NCBI GenBank assembly: GCA_019239825.1 | Contig: JAFAZK010000341.1 | Coordinates: 31,570 to 95,569, forward strand | DNA length: 64,000 bases | Direction of reading: 5' to 3' | From: Verrucomicrobiota bacterium | GTDB taxonomy: Bacteria > Verrucomicrobiota > Verrucomicrobiia > Chthoniobacterales > JAFAMB01 | Shown here: in pieces, positions 26,805 to 35,897 of the stretch | Numbering within the stretch: the stretch's first letter is position 1 | Layout: each line of letters opens with the position of its first letter | The notes under the pieces: model-generated | The model's input: the letters and a program-made list of their open reading frames with translations, nothing else | What the model was told of the DNA's origin: nothing | Databases searched by the model: none | Position numbers and translations under genes: made by a program

Positions 26805-27581
26805 ATGCGGTTGCCCTTATCATCTGCTGTGGCTTGCGTGATCGCAGCCGGTGCATTGCTCTTCTCAGACCGGCTTCAGGCTCAAGTTTTTGCTGATCCG
26901 AACGAAATCATCCTCCAGGTGATCCAGACGATGCCCCAAGGAGGCGGGTACTCCGCTTCGAACGAGGCGACTAGTCGATTGGCCGAGGCCGCCCGGGATG
27001 TGAGAGGCACGCTGACGCTTGAGCCCGCTATCGCGAAGCCGAGTTATTGTTCTGGCGCCACCTACTTGGTCTTTCTGAAGACGCTGGAAAACCTGAACCA
27101 TCACTCGCCGATTACTGGTCCGCTGGCCGACAAGCTGGCAATCAGCAGCCAACCGGACGGCGTCGGTATCTGGGGACGATGGAACGCGAACGGCCCCGGC
27201 ACAGCCTGTCTCTTCCGCGAGCTGCAGCTCGGAGAGAATTTCACAGACTGGAATTCTGCCCGCCCAGGAGACTTCATGAAAATCTTCTGGAATTTGAATG
27301 TCGGACGTCGTGAACACGGTCACTCGGCGATCTATCTTGGCACTGTGGAAGAGAACGGGGTACCATATGTGAGGTTCTGGTCGAGCAATCAGCCTAACGG
27401 GTTTGGACAAAAGCAGGTGCCGAAAACAAAAATGGCTTATGTTATCTTTTCGCGTTTGAAGCATCCGGAAATGCTCCAGCGAAACTACGCGACCCTACCC
27501 AGAAAGAACACCTATCTGGCTGGGCTCACTAGCAAGGAATCCTCCCTGACCGAAGCCAAGGTCAATTCAGGGGTTGAGTGA
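26805..27581 (+). CDS. Secreted hypothetical protein (possible Cys/His hydrolase fold, very tentative)
   Basis: Signal peptide MRLPLSSAVACVIAAGALLFS. Contains SYCSGATYLVF and, about 110 aa later, HGHSAIYLG. No family recognised. Confidence 0.7.
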   Translation: MRLPLSSAVACVIAAGALLFSDRLQAQVFADPNEIILQVIQTMPQGGGYSASNEATSRLAEAARDVRGTLTLEPAIAKPSYCSGATYLVFLKTLENLNHHSPITGPLADKLAISSQPDGVGIWGRWNANGPGTACLFRELQLGENFTDWNSARPGDFMKIFWNLNVGRREHGHSAIYLGTVEENGVPYVRFWSSNQPNGFGQKQVPKTKMAYVIFSRLKHPEMLQRNYATLPRKNTYLAGLTSKESSLTEAKVNSGVE

Positions 27582-27749
27582 CAAACGCGCTTGGCGTTCA
27601 ACGTTTTTGGCGTTCGCGGTTAACCATTCCGGATGAGCTAAAGCACATCCCTACCGGTGAACGGATTTCCGTTTGCATCGATGCAGGTTCTCCTCGACTC
27701 TTCACCCCGGTAAACTGAACTGAAACTGCTAGCCGAACTACACTAAATA

Positions 27750-29330
27750 ATGAGTCAGGAGCCGAACAAGACAAACCCGACGTTTCAAAACGCTTCCGCC
27801 GAAGGTACCGCCCGTTCCAACCAGAGCCAGGCTGACTTCAAACCGGAGCCGGAACAGCTGGGCGAATTGCCTTCCGGTTACGGAGACATGTTCGTGGTCG
27901 CACGTGATCCTCATTGGCTCTACACCTACTGGGATTTCGACTATTCGAAGTTTCCCGAGCAACGTCAGCTTGGTTTGAAGGTATTCCGGGATAACGCGCT
28001 CGAAACGACGGTTGATATCAATGAGGTGGCCCGGAATTGGTACCTACCAGTACAAGCCGCAAACGCGAGCTACCGGGTTGTATTTGGGTACAAGGATAAC
28101 CAGGGCATGTGGCACTTTGTGGGCGAGGCTGGACCGGCACATACGCCACCGGAGGCGGTCAGTACGGAGTGGGATACGTTGTTTGCCACCGTCCCAATTC
28201 ATTTGACCTTTAATTTGCTGGTCGACGTCGTGGAAGCGGCGAAGAACCGGGGTGAACCCCTCGCTGAAGCGTTAGCGCGGTTGCAGCAGGCGGCGTTCAA
28301 TGGCGGCAGCCGTTCTCCCAACTGGGGTCCGGCGCAGCTGCAAATGTTGGAAACCTTGTTCGGAAAAGAACTTCTGACCCGATTGTCCTCGATGAACTCG
28401 TCCGAACTATCGACGTTTCTTCGAGCGGATCTTTCTGCTCCGAGCAGCTCAGAGTCGGCAAGCGAACTTGTCGCTAAGAGCCGGCTAGCCCAACTATTAG
28501 TCCCGGCGGAATCAAGCCTGTTCAGCGGCGGTATATTCGGAGCTGCTTTATCCAGCGAAGTGTTTCAAAGTGGCGGAGCACTAAATTCAGCGGCTCTAAG
28601 TTCTTTTGGGCTAAGCTCCGGGGAACTCGTCTCTCGTCTCAGTAGCATGGGTTTAAGCTCGGCCGAGATCGCAACTTTTTTGAGTAGTGCAACTCTCAGT
28701 AGTGAAACTCTCAGCAGCGCTGGCCTCAGCAGTGCGGAGCTCAGTTCGGGGTTGTTCTCTCAATTACAAATCAATCTGGCCGAGTTAAGTTCGCTCGGCC
28801 TAAGTTCATTTGAGCTCAGCTCGGCCGCGTTAAGTTCCGAACGATTCGGCGCGTTACAACTGGCTGCAATAGAAATGGGAGCGTTAAGCTCCGAGCAACT
28901 TAGCTCAGCTTGGTCAAGTAGCTGGAGCGGTCTGGAGTTCGGGCTCTCGAGTTGGGGCGAGTTAGTCTCCGAAAGCAGCTTATTCAGCGCGGCGGGCGCA
29001 AGTTGGGGCGGTGAATCGTTCGGGTTGACCCAGCGTGAGTTCTTCATGCACGTCAACGCCGAAGTGATTTTCTACGGTGGAACTCATCCGGAGGCGAAAG
29101 TCACGGTTGCCGGTCAGCCGATCCAACTTCAGCCAGATGGAACTTTCCGTTACCATTTCATTTTCCCGGATCGCGATTTCGAAATCCCAATCGTGGCGAT
29201 TTCTCCCGACGGAAAAGAGACCCGCTCGGCTACGTTATTCTTCCGAAGAGAAACGACTCGGCAAGGCGATGTCGGTCACACCGCTCAACCACCCTATCTG
29301 GCGGAACCGATGGGAGCTACTCATCAGTGA
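27750..29330 (+). CDS. DUF4912-like protein with central LSS-repeat region
   Basis: N-terminal LPSGYGDMFVVARDPHWLYTYWDF, remembered as the DUF4912 signature. The central region has at least 18 LSS tripeptides. C-terminal beta-rich domain FFMHVNAEVIFYGGTHPEAKVTVAGQPIQLQPDGTFRYHF. Confidence 0.85.
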   Translation: MSQEPNKTNPTFQNASAEGTARSNQSQADFKPEPEQLGELPSGYGDMFVVARDPHWLYTYWDFDYSKFPEQRQLGLKVFRDNALETTVDINEVARNWYLPVQAANASYRVVFGYKDNQGMWHFVGEAGPAHTPPEAVSTEWDTLFATVPIHLTFNLLVDVVEAAKNRGEPLAEALARLQQAAFNGGSRSPNWGPAQLQMLETLFGKELLTRLSSMNSSELSTFLRADLSAPSSSESASELVAKSRLAQLLVPAESSLFSGGIFGAALSSEVFQSGGALNSAALSSFGLSSGELVSRLSSMGLSSAEIATFLSSATLSSETLSSAGLSSAELSSGLFSQLQINLAELSSLGLSSFELSSAALSSERFGALQLAAIEMGALSSEQLSSAWSSSWSGLEFGLSSWGELVSESSLFSAAGASWGGESFGLTQREFFMHVNAEVIFYGGTHPEAKVTVAGQPIQLQPDGTFRYHFIFPDRDFEIPIVAISPDGKETRSATLFFRRETTRQGDVGHTAQPPYLAEPMGATHQ

Positions 29331-29814
29331 GACGTGAGAAGTGATTGGTGAGAAGTGAGAGGTGCAGCGAGGCCTGAGTCCCGATAAAGTCCTCCGTCCG
29401 CGGATCAGCCGCGAAGCGGCTTAAGAATGCAGCCCAGGGCTGTCATTCCTCGGTCAATCGCGCAATAGGAGTCGGCCTGAAAGTGGCGGCCGAAGCTTGG
29501 CTTTGCGGCATGGACGTGTTGATCTAACCGATCGCACCAAGGCCCCGAACTAACACATCAAATCCGAGTCCGACATCCGCGGGCGCCACTTTCAGGGGGC
29601 TGACCGGCGCCGACAAAACCAGGGCTGAAGCCCGGGCTGTACTCTTCAGCCGCTTCGCGGCTCGCCCGGCCACCTCACACCCTTCGACACGCTCAAGGCT
29701 TGCCTTTTTCGAGCTTGTCGACCCGCCCAGGGCAGGCCTTTCACCTCTCACCTTTCACCTCTCACCTCTCACCTCTCACCTTTCACTTCTCACTTCTCAC
29801 TTCTCACATCTCAG
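29327..29814. repeat. Composite nested palindrome: GTGAGAAGTGAGA word arrays enclosing two further inverted-repeat pairs
   Basis: Outer arrays are 29327-29364 and 29737-29814. The middle pair is 29404-29441 with 29621-29663 (CAGCCGCGAAGCGGCT..). The inner pair is 29472-29492 with 29579-29602 (CCTGAAAGTGGCG / CGCCACTTTCAGG). Confidence 0.9.
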
Positions 29815-29853
29815 ATTGTCCGCAGAGGCGATCCTTAGTACACTTCATGGCAC

Positions 29854-30747
29854 ATGGGGTTTCCTAAAAAGGATCGTTTGCTAGAGCGGTTCATTCAGTA
29901 TCAAGAAGTCGAACGCTCAGCATCGCCTCGGACGATCACGGCTTATCGGCATGCGCTCCTGCGGTTTAAACAATTTCGCGATGTAAGCTGGGATACCGCA
30001 ACCGCAGCCGACTTTCGATTGTTCCTGCTTGAGTGCATGAAATCCGGGATGGCTCGCAGCTATGTCCGGTTAACGTTCGCTGCGCTCAGGAGCTTTTACC
30101 GTTTCCTGACAGAACGAGCGGGATTCAGCGAAAATCCCTTAAAGGAGGTACAGTTGCCCAAGCTGGAGAAAAAGTTGCCCGTTGTCCTTTCGCTCAATCA
30201 GGTAGACGAATTGTTGAGCCAGCCAGCACGAACCGAGAGGAAAAACCAGGCTCCGGCTTGGTCAGCGTCTCGGGATGCGGCCATTCTAGAGCTGTTTTAT
30301 AGCAGCGGACTGCGGTTAAGCGAACTGGTCTCTCTCAATGTCGGTGACGTGGATCTTTACACAGAATCGGTTCGTGTGATCGGCAAAGGGAGAAAGGAAC
30401 GGGTCGTTCCCGTAGGTGCACCAGCGTTGGAAGCGATTCAGAAGTACCGTTCTCAGGCAACGGTTCATACTGGGCCACTTTTTATTAGCAAGCTCCGCAA
30501 ACGGATTACGGCTCGCTCCGTCTGGATGATTCTGAAGAAACATTTGGGCGAGACCTCGATCCAATTGCCCGCGACTCCCCACAAGCTCAGGCATAGCTTC
30601 GCCACGCATCTGTTAGAGAACGGCGCCGATCTTCGCAGCGTTCAAACCTTGCTTGGCCACGAGAGCCTTTCGACGACGCAGATTTATACGCATGTCACGG
30701 TTGAGCGGCTGAAGAAGGCGTACGATGAGGCCCATCCACGGGCGTAA
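29854..30747 (+). CDS. Tyrosine recombinase XerC/XerD family
   Basis: 297 aa. N-terminal SAM-like domain (SPRTITAYRHAL) and catalytic residues in ..LRLSEL.., HKLRHSFATHLL, LGHESLSTTQIYTHV. Confidence 0.88.
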   Translation: MGFPKKDRLLERFIQYQEVERSASPRTITAYRHALLRFKQFRDVSWDTATAADFRLFLLECMKSGMARSYVRLTFAALRSFYRFLTERAGFSENPLKEVQLPKLEKKLPVVLSLNQVDELLSQPARTERKNQAPAWSASRDAAILELFYSSGLRLSELVSLNVGDVDLYTESVRVIGKGRKERVVPVGAPALEAIQKYRSQATVHTGPLFISKLRKRITARSVWMILKKHLGETSIQLPATPHKLRHSFATHLLENGADLRSVQTLLGHESLSTTQIYTHVTVERLKKAYDEAHPRA

Positions 30748-30860
30748 AAGTAGAAGATACAACCGCGAATGAACACGAATTAAGCCTCCAACCGCAAACA
30801 GGCGTTGATTCGCTCGAAACCTGCTAACGGTAGGGTTGATCTCCCGACGAAGCGCGTAGC

Positions 30861-31134
30861 GGTTAAACAGGCGGCTCCCGGGAATTACCGCACATAATGT
30901 TTTGCCCATCGCTCGGTTCGGACGGCTATTGTCTGCTTAACGGGCCGACAGAACTAACAAGCGTCGAGACGTTCGCGGGAGCCGCCTGTTTAATGCGGTT
31001 TGCGTTGTGCAACGCAGCGACACAAATAGCGCGGGGTCTTAGGATGCGATCCAAAGCGGCTCCCCTCCAAGCGGCGCTCCGAAAAGAATCTCGCCAGATC
31101 TTTTGGGTACGTTCAAGAGCGGCTCGCCTCCAGC
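30861..31134. repeat. GGGAGCCGC nested-palindrome element, copy B (+ orientation, left outer arm missing)
   Basis: Motif starts are 30871(-), 30977(+) and 31056(-), plus a degenerate extra arm AGAGCGGCTCGCCTCCAG at 31117-31134. The 18-mer is at 30969. Confidence 0.9.
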
Positions 31135-31224
31135 CGCACTCGTGTGTCAAACCGGAGCTCATCGCTGCCGTCACTCTTGCGCTCGGGCACGAGAGGTGTC
31201 AGGTACAGGTTTCTCGTTTTACTC

Positions 31225-33033
31225 ATGCCCTCTCAAACTATCCCGACCAGAAGTGAAATTGCGGAAGCCGACACCTGGGATCTGAAGAAGCTGTATCAAA
31301 CTGAGCAAGATTATCAGCAAGATCTCGAGAAGCTGAAAAAGGAGTACCCTCAGTACGCCTCATACAAAGGGAAGGTTGGCCAGTCAGCCCAGGATTTACT
31401 CGACGTCCTCGAATTCGATAAAGCGGTTGATCTTTTGGCGGAGAGACTTGGGCACTATGTGTCTTTGAAAGCATCTGAGGATAGCTCCGATCGGGAGAAT
31501 CTTGCACGAAAGGCGGAGTTCTCGAACTTGGGTACGAAGATCAGAGAGGTAGCCTCATTCCTTACCCCGGAAATTCAGGCTATCCCGGATGAACGTTTCG
31601 CGATTCTGACGGCCGATCCGCTACTTAAAGATTGGCGAAATTCGTTGGAACGCCTCAGGCGTTACCGGCCGCACACGCTTTTGGAAGGAGAAGAAAAAAT
31701 CTTAGCTGCGGGCGCTTCCGCCGTTCGAGGACATCGCGAGACGTTCTCTCAACTCACTAACGTCGATATGATCTTCGGTGTTGTCCCGGATGATAAGGGT
31801 CAAGAGGTTGCGCTCTCGCAAAGCAGCTACATCTCTCTTTTGCATAATCGAGATCGCAAAGTCCGGCGACGCGCATTCGATCAATTTTACCGGGAATTCT
31901 CGGATCACCGCTATACGCTGGCCTCTTCCTTGTCGGCTTCAGTTCGAGCCGATGTCTTTTATGCCAGGGTCCGCAATTACCCGAGCGCATTGGAATCTGC
32001 TCTCTTCGGAGATCACGTCCCAGTCGCGGTGTATGATAATCTGATCGCGACGGTCAGAAACAATCTGTCGGCGCTGCACGATTACTATGACCTGAGAAGA
32101 GAGCTCTTGGACCTGGAGAATATTCACCAGTATGACACGTTCGTTCCGTTGTTTCCGGAGGTCGCCAAAACGGTCGACTTCGATGAAGCCATGGAACTAG
32201 TGACGACTTCATTAGAACCTTTGGGAGAAGAATATGTCGCAACCCTGCGAGGGGGCCTGAAATCGCGCTGGGTGGATCGGTATGAAACGAAGGGTAAACG
32301 CAGCGGCGCTTTTTCTTCTTCCAGCTACAAGAACCCGCCCTTCATTTTGATGAATTATCGAGCGGATGTTCTGTCTGATGTCTTTACCCTGGCACATGAA
32401 GCGGGTCATTCGATGCACAGCTGGTTCGCCCAGGAGAACCAGCTATTTCAGGACTACGGTTATCCTATTTTTCTGGCCGAGGTCGCCTCTACTTTTAATG
32501 AGGAGCTTTTGACTCACCATCTATTGCAGCACGCGGATGACGACCGGCTACGCGCTTTTCTAATCGATCGCCAGATCGAAGACATTCGGTCCGTCTTGTT
32601 TAGACAGACGATGTTTGCCGAATTCGAAAAACAAATTCACGCGATCGAAGAGGGAGGCGGACCTCTGACCTTAGATGTTTTCCAGGAGCGGTATCGCGAG
32701 TTATTGGCGGCCTACTTTGGACCACGGTTTACGCTGGATGAAGCGCTCAATCTCGAGTGTCTCAGGATCCCCCATTTTTACTCGGCGTTCTATGTCTACA
32801 AATATGCGACTGGTATCTCTGCGGCAGTGGCTTTAGCGCAGCGAGTTCTCCACCAAGGAGCACCTGCAGTTCAGGATTATCTCGGATTTCTGAAATCGGG
32901 AGGGTCGCGATATCCCATTGAGACCCTGCAAGCTGCCGGGGTGGATATGCTGACGCCCAGTCCGATTCAAGAGACCATTGAACTGTTTAAGCGGAGGCTG
33001 CAGGAGCTGCGGGGATTGGTGAAGAAAGGGTGA
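31225..33033 (+). CDS. pepF: Oligoendopeptidase F (M3B)
   Basis: Start taken at MPSQTIPTRSEIAEADTWDLKKLY. HEAGH zinc motif (LAHEAGHSMH). Confidence 0.9.
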   Translation: MPSQTIPTRSEIAEADTWDLKKLYQTEQDYQQDLEKLKKEYPQYASYKGKVGQSAQDLLDVLEFDKAVDLLAERLGHYVSLKASEDSSDRENLARKAEFSNLGTKIREVASFLTPEIQAIPDERFAILTADPLLKDWRNSLERLRRYRPHTLLEGEEKILAAGASAVRGHRETFSQLTNVDMIFGVVPDDKGQEVALSQSSYISLLHNRDRKVRRRAFDQFYREFSDHRYTLASSLSASVRADVFYARVRNYPSALESALFGDHVPVAVYDNLIATVRNNLSALHDYYDLRRELLDLENIHQYDTFVPLFPEVAKTVDFDEAMELVTTSLEPLGEEYVATLRGGLKSRWVDRYETKGKRSGAFSSSSYKNPPFILMNYRADVLSDVFTLAHEAGHSMHSWFAQENQLFQDYGYPIFLAEVASTFNEELLTHHLLQHADDDRLRAFLIDRQIEDIRSVLFRQTMFAEFEKQIHAIEEGGGPLTLDVFQERYRELLAAYFGPRFTLDEALNLECLRIPHFYSAFYVYKYATGISAAVALAQRVLHQGAPAVQDYLGFLKSGGSRYPIETLQAAGVDMLTPSPIQETIELFKRRLQELRGLVKKG

Positions 33034-33282
33034 GCGTTCCGTAGGACAAAAGCGCTGAGTGTCTTCCTATTTTTTTGGCCATCACGAGGAACAAATACAT
33101 GAAAGTATCAGCCCTTTTGCGATCGATTCTAAAAAAGCCATATCTGCCATAATTATCATGTATTCGAAGGTTGAAATTCGAACTTCAAACTTTATCTTCC
33201 GCAGTGGCCCGGGCGGCCCGATGGAAACAGGTCCATCAGGTTCCCGGTTCTGACGCAGTATCCAACAAGAGAGGGCAAAGCT

Positions 33283-33471
33283 ATGGTAACTGATGGAAAA
33301 GCGGCGGAAGAGACCGTCAACACGCTCGTGGCAGACGGACTAAACGTATCAAAGCTATCGGCAATGAATCCCAGTGAGCTTTTTAGGCTCGCGGCAGACC
33401 TCGGCTTAGCGCTTGAACCGGTGCCGAGTTCTACCCTCGAAGACCTTCGGCTCAACCGGTACATTGAGTAA
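33283..33471 (+). CDS. Hypothetical 62-aa protein with Rho_N/SAP-like helix-extended-helix motif
   Basis: GAGAGGG lies 7 nt upstream of the ATG. LNVSKLSAMNPSELFRLAADLGL resembles the Rho N-terminal motif. Two hairpins follow the gene. Confidence 0.45.
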   Translation: MVTDGKAAEETVNTLVADGLNVSKLSAMNPSELFRLAADLGLALEPVPSSTLEDLRLNRYIE

Positions 33472-33482
33472 CAGAACGTTAG

Positions 33483-33564
33483 GGATGAGCTACCGCTCAT
33501 CCGCATTCCGTTCGAGAGTTATAACGCCAGCACCAATATAGGGATGAGCAGGGGCACATCCCTA
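33483..33564. terminator. Two short hairpins built from the GGGATGAGC word at a convergent junction
   Basis: GGATGAGC-tacc-GCTCATCC (33483-33502) and TAGGGATG-N10-CATCCCTA (33539-33564). Confidence 0.5.
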
Positions 33565-33571
33565 ACGGATC

Positions 33572-34597
33572 CTAGTACGCCGCTTGTGCGCCTTTGATAT
33601 TCTTCTTCTGAATCCAGGGCATCAATGAGCGAAGCTTTTGCCCGACCTTCTCAACCGGGTGTTTCTGGCCTGCGGCTAGCAAGTCTTTGTAGGTTGAGAG
33701 ACCGCTTTTGTATTCGTCGATCCAACCTTGAGCAAATTTGCCATTTTGGATCTCTTTCAACGCCCGTTGCATCTTCTTCTTCACGCTAGCGTCGATGATC
33801 TTCGGGCCGACCGATACATCACCCCATTTCGCGGTCTCAGAGATCGAGAATCGCATGCCGGCAATACCGGACTCGTACATCAGATCTACGATCAACTTCA
33901 GTTCATGAAGACATTCGAAATAGGCCATCTCGGGCTGGTAGCCAGCCTCGACCAAGGTCTCAAAACCATTCTGAACCAGGGCGGTGAGGCCGCCACAAAG
34001 GACGGTCTGCTCGCCAAAAAGATCGGTCTCGGTTTCCTCTTTAAACGAGGTTTCTAAGACTCCGGCGCGCGTGGCTCCAATCCCTTTTGCCCAAGCCAAA
34101 GCGAGCTTTTTAGCCTTCTTTGATGGGTTCTGGTAAACCGCGATCAACGCCGGTACGCCCTTACCTTCAAGGTACTGACGTCTGACGATATGCCCGGGAC
34201 CTTTCGGCGCAACCATGATCACGTCGACGTTCTCAGGAGGAACGACCGTCTTAAAGTGAATGGCAAAACCGTGACTGAAAAGCAGTGCCTTACCATCAGT
34301 GAGATTCGGTTTAACCTCTTGTTCGTAAATCGCCGCAGTTTTCAGGTCAGGCGTCGCGAAGAAAATGATATCGGCCTTCTTTACCGCGTCAGCCACGTCG
34401 AACGTCTCGAACCCATGTTCTTTTGCTACCGGAATCGACTTGCTGCCTTTGTAAAGCCCCACGATCACATTGATCCCACTATCCTTGAGGTTGAGGGCAT
34501 GGGCATGCCCCTGAGAACCGAACCCAATCACCGCGCAGGTCTTTCCCTGCAGGTTTTTCAAGTCGGCGTCCTTATCGGTATACACTTTTGCTGGCAT
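33572..34597 (-). CDS. ilvC: Ketol-acid reductoisomerase
   Basis: MPAKVYTDKDADLKNLQGKTCAVIGFGSQGHAHALNLKDSG..; class I KARI, 341 aa. Confidence 0.95.
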   Translation of the reverse strand: MPAKVYTDKDADLKNLQGKTCAVIGFGSQGHAHALNLKDSGINVIVGLYKGSKSIPVAKEHGFETFDVADAVKKADIIFFATPDLKTAAIYEQEVKPNLTDGKALLFSHGFAIHFKTVVPPENVDVIMVAPKGPGHIVRRQYLEGKGVPALIAVYQNPSKKAKKLALAWAKGIGATRAGVLETSFKEETETDLFGEQTVLCGGLTALVQNGFETLVEAGYQPEMAYFECLHELKLIVDLMYESGIAGMRFSISETAKWGDVSVGPKIIDASVKKKMQRALKEIQNGKFAQGWIDEYKSGLSTYKDLLAAGQKHPVEKVGQKLRSLMPWIQKKNIKGAQAAY

Positions 34598-34618
34598 AAA
34601 GCTTGGCGCGAGAAAGAG

Positions 34619-35095
34619 TTATTCGACTCTGGCCATAGCGACACGGCCTGTCCGAGTCAGATCGCTGATCCCAAAATTCTCCATCAAACGCAGGAACTTA
34701 GTGATTTTGCTTTCGTTCCCGGTGATTTCGATGGCGAGACGCTTTGGCTGAACATCTACGATCTTAGCGCGAAAAATATCGCAGATTTGCATGACCTCGG
34801 ACCGATTTTCGGAATCGGCATTCACACGGAGCATGACCAACTCCCGGTCCACGTAGCCGCCATCTCTAAAGTCCTGTATTTCGATGACGTCGATCAGCTT
34901 ATGTAATTGCTTTGTGACCTGCTCGAGGACGGTGTCATCACCGCGTACTACGATCGTCATACGGGAAGTCGAAGGATCGTTGGTCGGCGCGACATTCAAG
35001 CTGTCAATATTGAATCCGCGCCCACTAAACATGCCCGCAACGCGTGTGAGCACGCCGAAGCGGTTCTCAACTAGAATCGAGATTGTGTGGCGCAT
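34619..35095 (-). CDS. ilvN: Acetolactate synthase small (regulatory) subunit
   Basis: MRHTISILVENRFGVLTRVAGMFSGRGFNIDSL ACT domain; 158 aa. Confidence 0.92.
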   Translation of the reverse strand: MRHTISILVENRFGVLTRVAGMFSGRGFNIDSLNVAPTNDPSTSRMTIVVRGDDTVLEQVTKQLHKLIDVIEIQDFRDGGYVDRELVMLRVNADSENRSEVMQICDIFRAKIVDVQPKRLAIEITGNESKITKFLRLMENFGISDLTRTGRVAMARVE

Positions 35096-35312
35096 AGGGA
35101 AAAGACCTGAACCATCCCGCGAACATAAATAAAATCAATCCAATTCTGGTATTCCTGGGCAGATATGCGTGAGGAACACGCGGTTCCGATTACGGGAAAC
35201 CCGGATAGGACCTATACGACTAATGGGACTTATATAACTGGGTGACGGGCTATCGCTGAGTGAACGAAATGCTAGAAACGTCGGCATGCCCATGGCATTC
35301 TGCGGCGCCGTT

Positions 35313-35897
35313 ATGACAATTTTTACTCCGCCTGAGAAACTGTACAAAGGGTATATTTTTGACTGTGACGGGACGCTGGCGCATTCGATGCCGGTCCATT
35401 ATGCAGCCTGGCGACAGACCGCGGAAGAGAATGGGGTGGCGATGTCGGAAGAGCTTTTTTACAGCCTGGGTGGAGTCCCGACGACCAGGATCGTGGAGAT
35501 TCTGAACGAGAAATTCGGGGCCAAGATGGATCCGGAACAGGTCGCTAAACGCAAAGAAGAGGTTTACGTCCAGAACATGGCCGAGACGAAGCCGATTGAG
35601 GAAGTGACCACATTTGCTCGGAAGGTGGCTGCGTTCGCCAAAGTGTCGGTTGCTTCCGGTGGATATCTCCCGGTGGTCGAGAAAACCTTGGAGGTGATCG
35701 GGTTTAAAGACTTTTTCCCTGTCATCGTGACAACTGAACAGGTCACCCGGGGTAAGCCTTTTCCGGACATGTTCCTGGAAGCTGCTAAGCGCATGGGCGT
35801 GGCGCCGAATGAATGTTTGGTGCTTGAAGATAGCCCAGCGGGCATTGAGGCGGCCAAAGCCGCGGGGATGGATTACAGTTTCATCGGCAGGCCGTGA
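35313..35897 (+). CDS. HAD-superfamily hydrolase (beta-phosphoglucomutase-like subfamily IA)
   Basis: YIFDCDGTLA motif I, SGG motif II and EDSPAGIEAAKAAGM motif IV. The start is uncertain (35286 or 35313). Confidence 0.8.
   Translation: MTIFTPPEKLYKGYIFDCDGTLAHSMPVHYAAWRQTAEENGVAMSEELFYSLGGVPTTRIVEILNEKFGAKMDPEQVAKRKEEVYVQNMAETKPIEEVTTFARKVAAFAKVSVASGGYLPVVEKTLEVIGFKDFFPVIVTTEQVTRGKPFPDMFLEAAKRMGVAPNECLVLEDSPAGIEAAKAAGMDYSFIGRP

Noticed and set aside
28390-28990. Repetitive DNA inside the DUF4912-like gene, and the intergenic word arrays, as possible CRISPR arrays
   Set aside because: There are no constant-length direct repeats separated by unique spacers of constant length. The repeats are short degenerate words in-frame within a long ORF, or they form inverted arms. 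There are no cas genes.
29327-31134. Xer recombinase gene flanked by large palindromes as a mobile integrative element
   Set aside because: The recombinase looks like a housekeeping XerC/XerD with all catalytic residues. The flanking repeats differ from each other and resemble those at most other gene boundaries. No direct-repeat att sites or cargo genes were seen.
33034-33282. Unusually AT-rich 250-bp spacer with a 16-codon ORF (MKVSALLRSILKKPYLP)
   Set aside because: No RBS and no recognisable structure or motif. Most likely a promoter region for the small downstream ORF.
34190-34906. Long antisense ORFs inside well-supported genes (also 17970-18554, 26865-27464, 37986-38759, 46738-47562)
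   Set aside because: Each lies opposite a gene with clear family motifs. This is typical of GC-rich DNA, where stop codons are rare on the antisense strand.
34619-35285. ilvN-ilvC without an adjacent ilvB large-subunit gene
   Set aside because: This was noted, but ilvB may simply be encoded elsewhere. It cannot be evaluated from one window. No leader peptide or attenuator is evident upstream.
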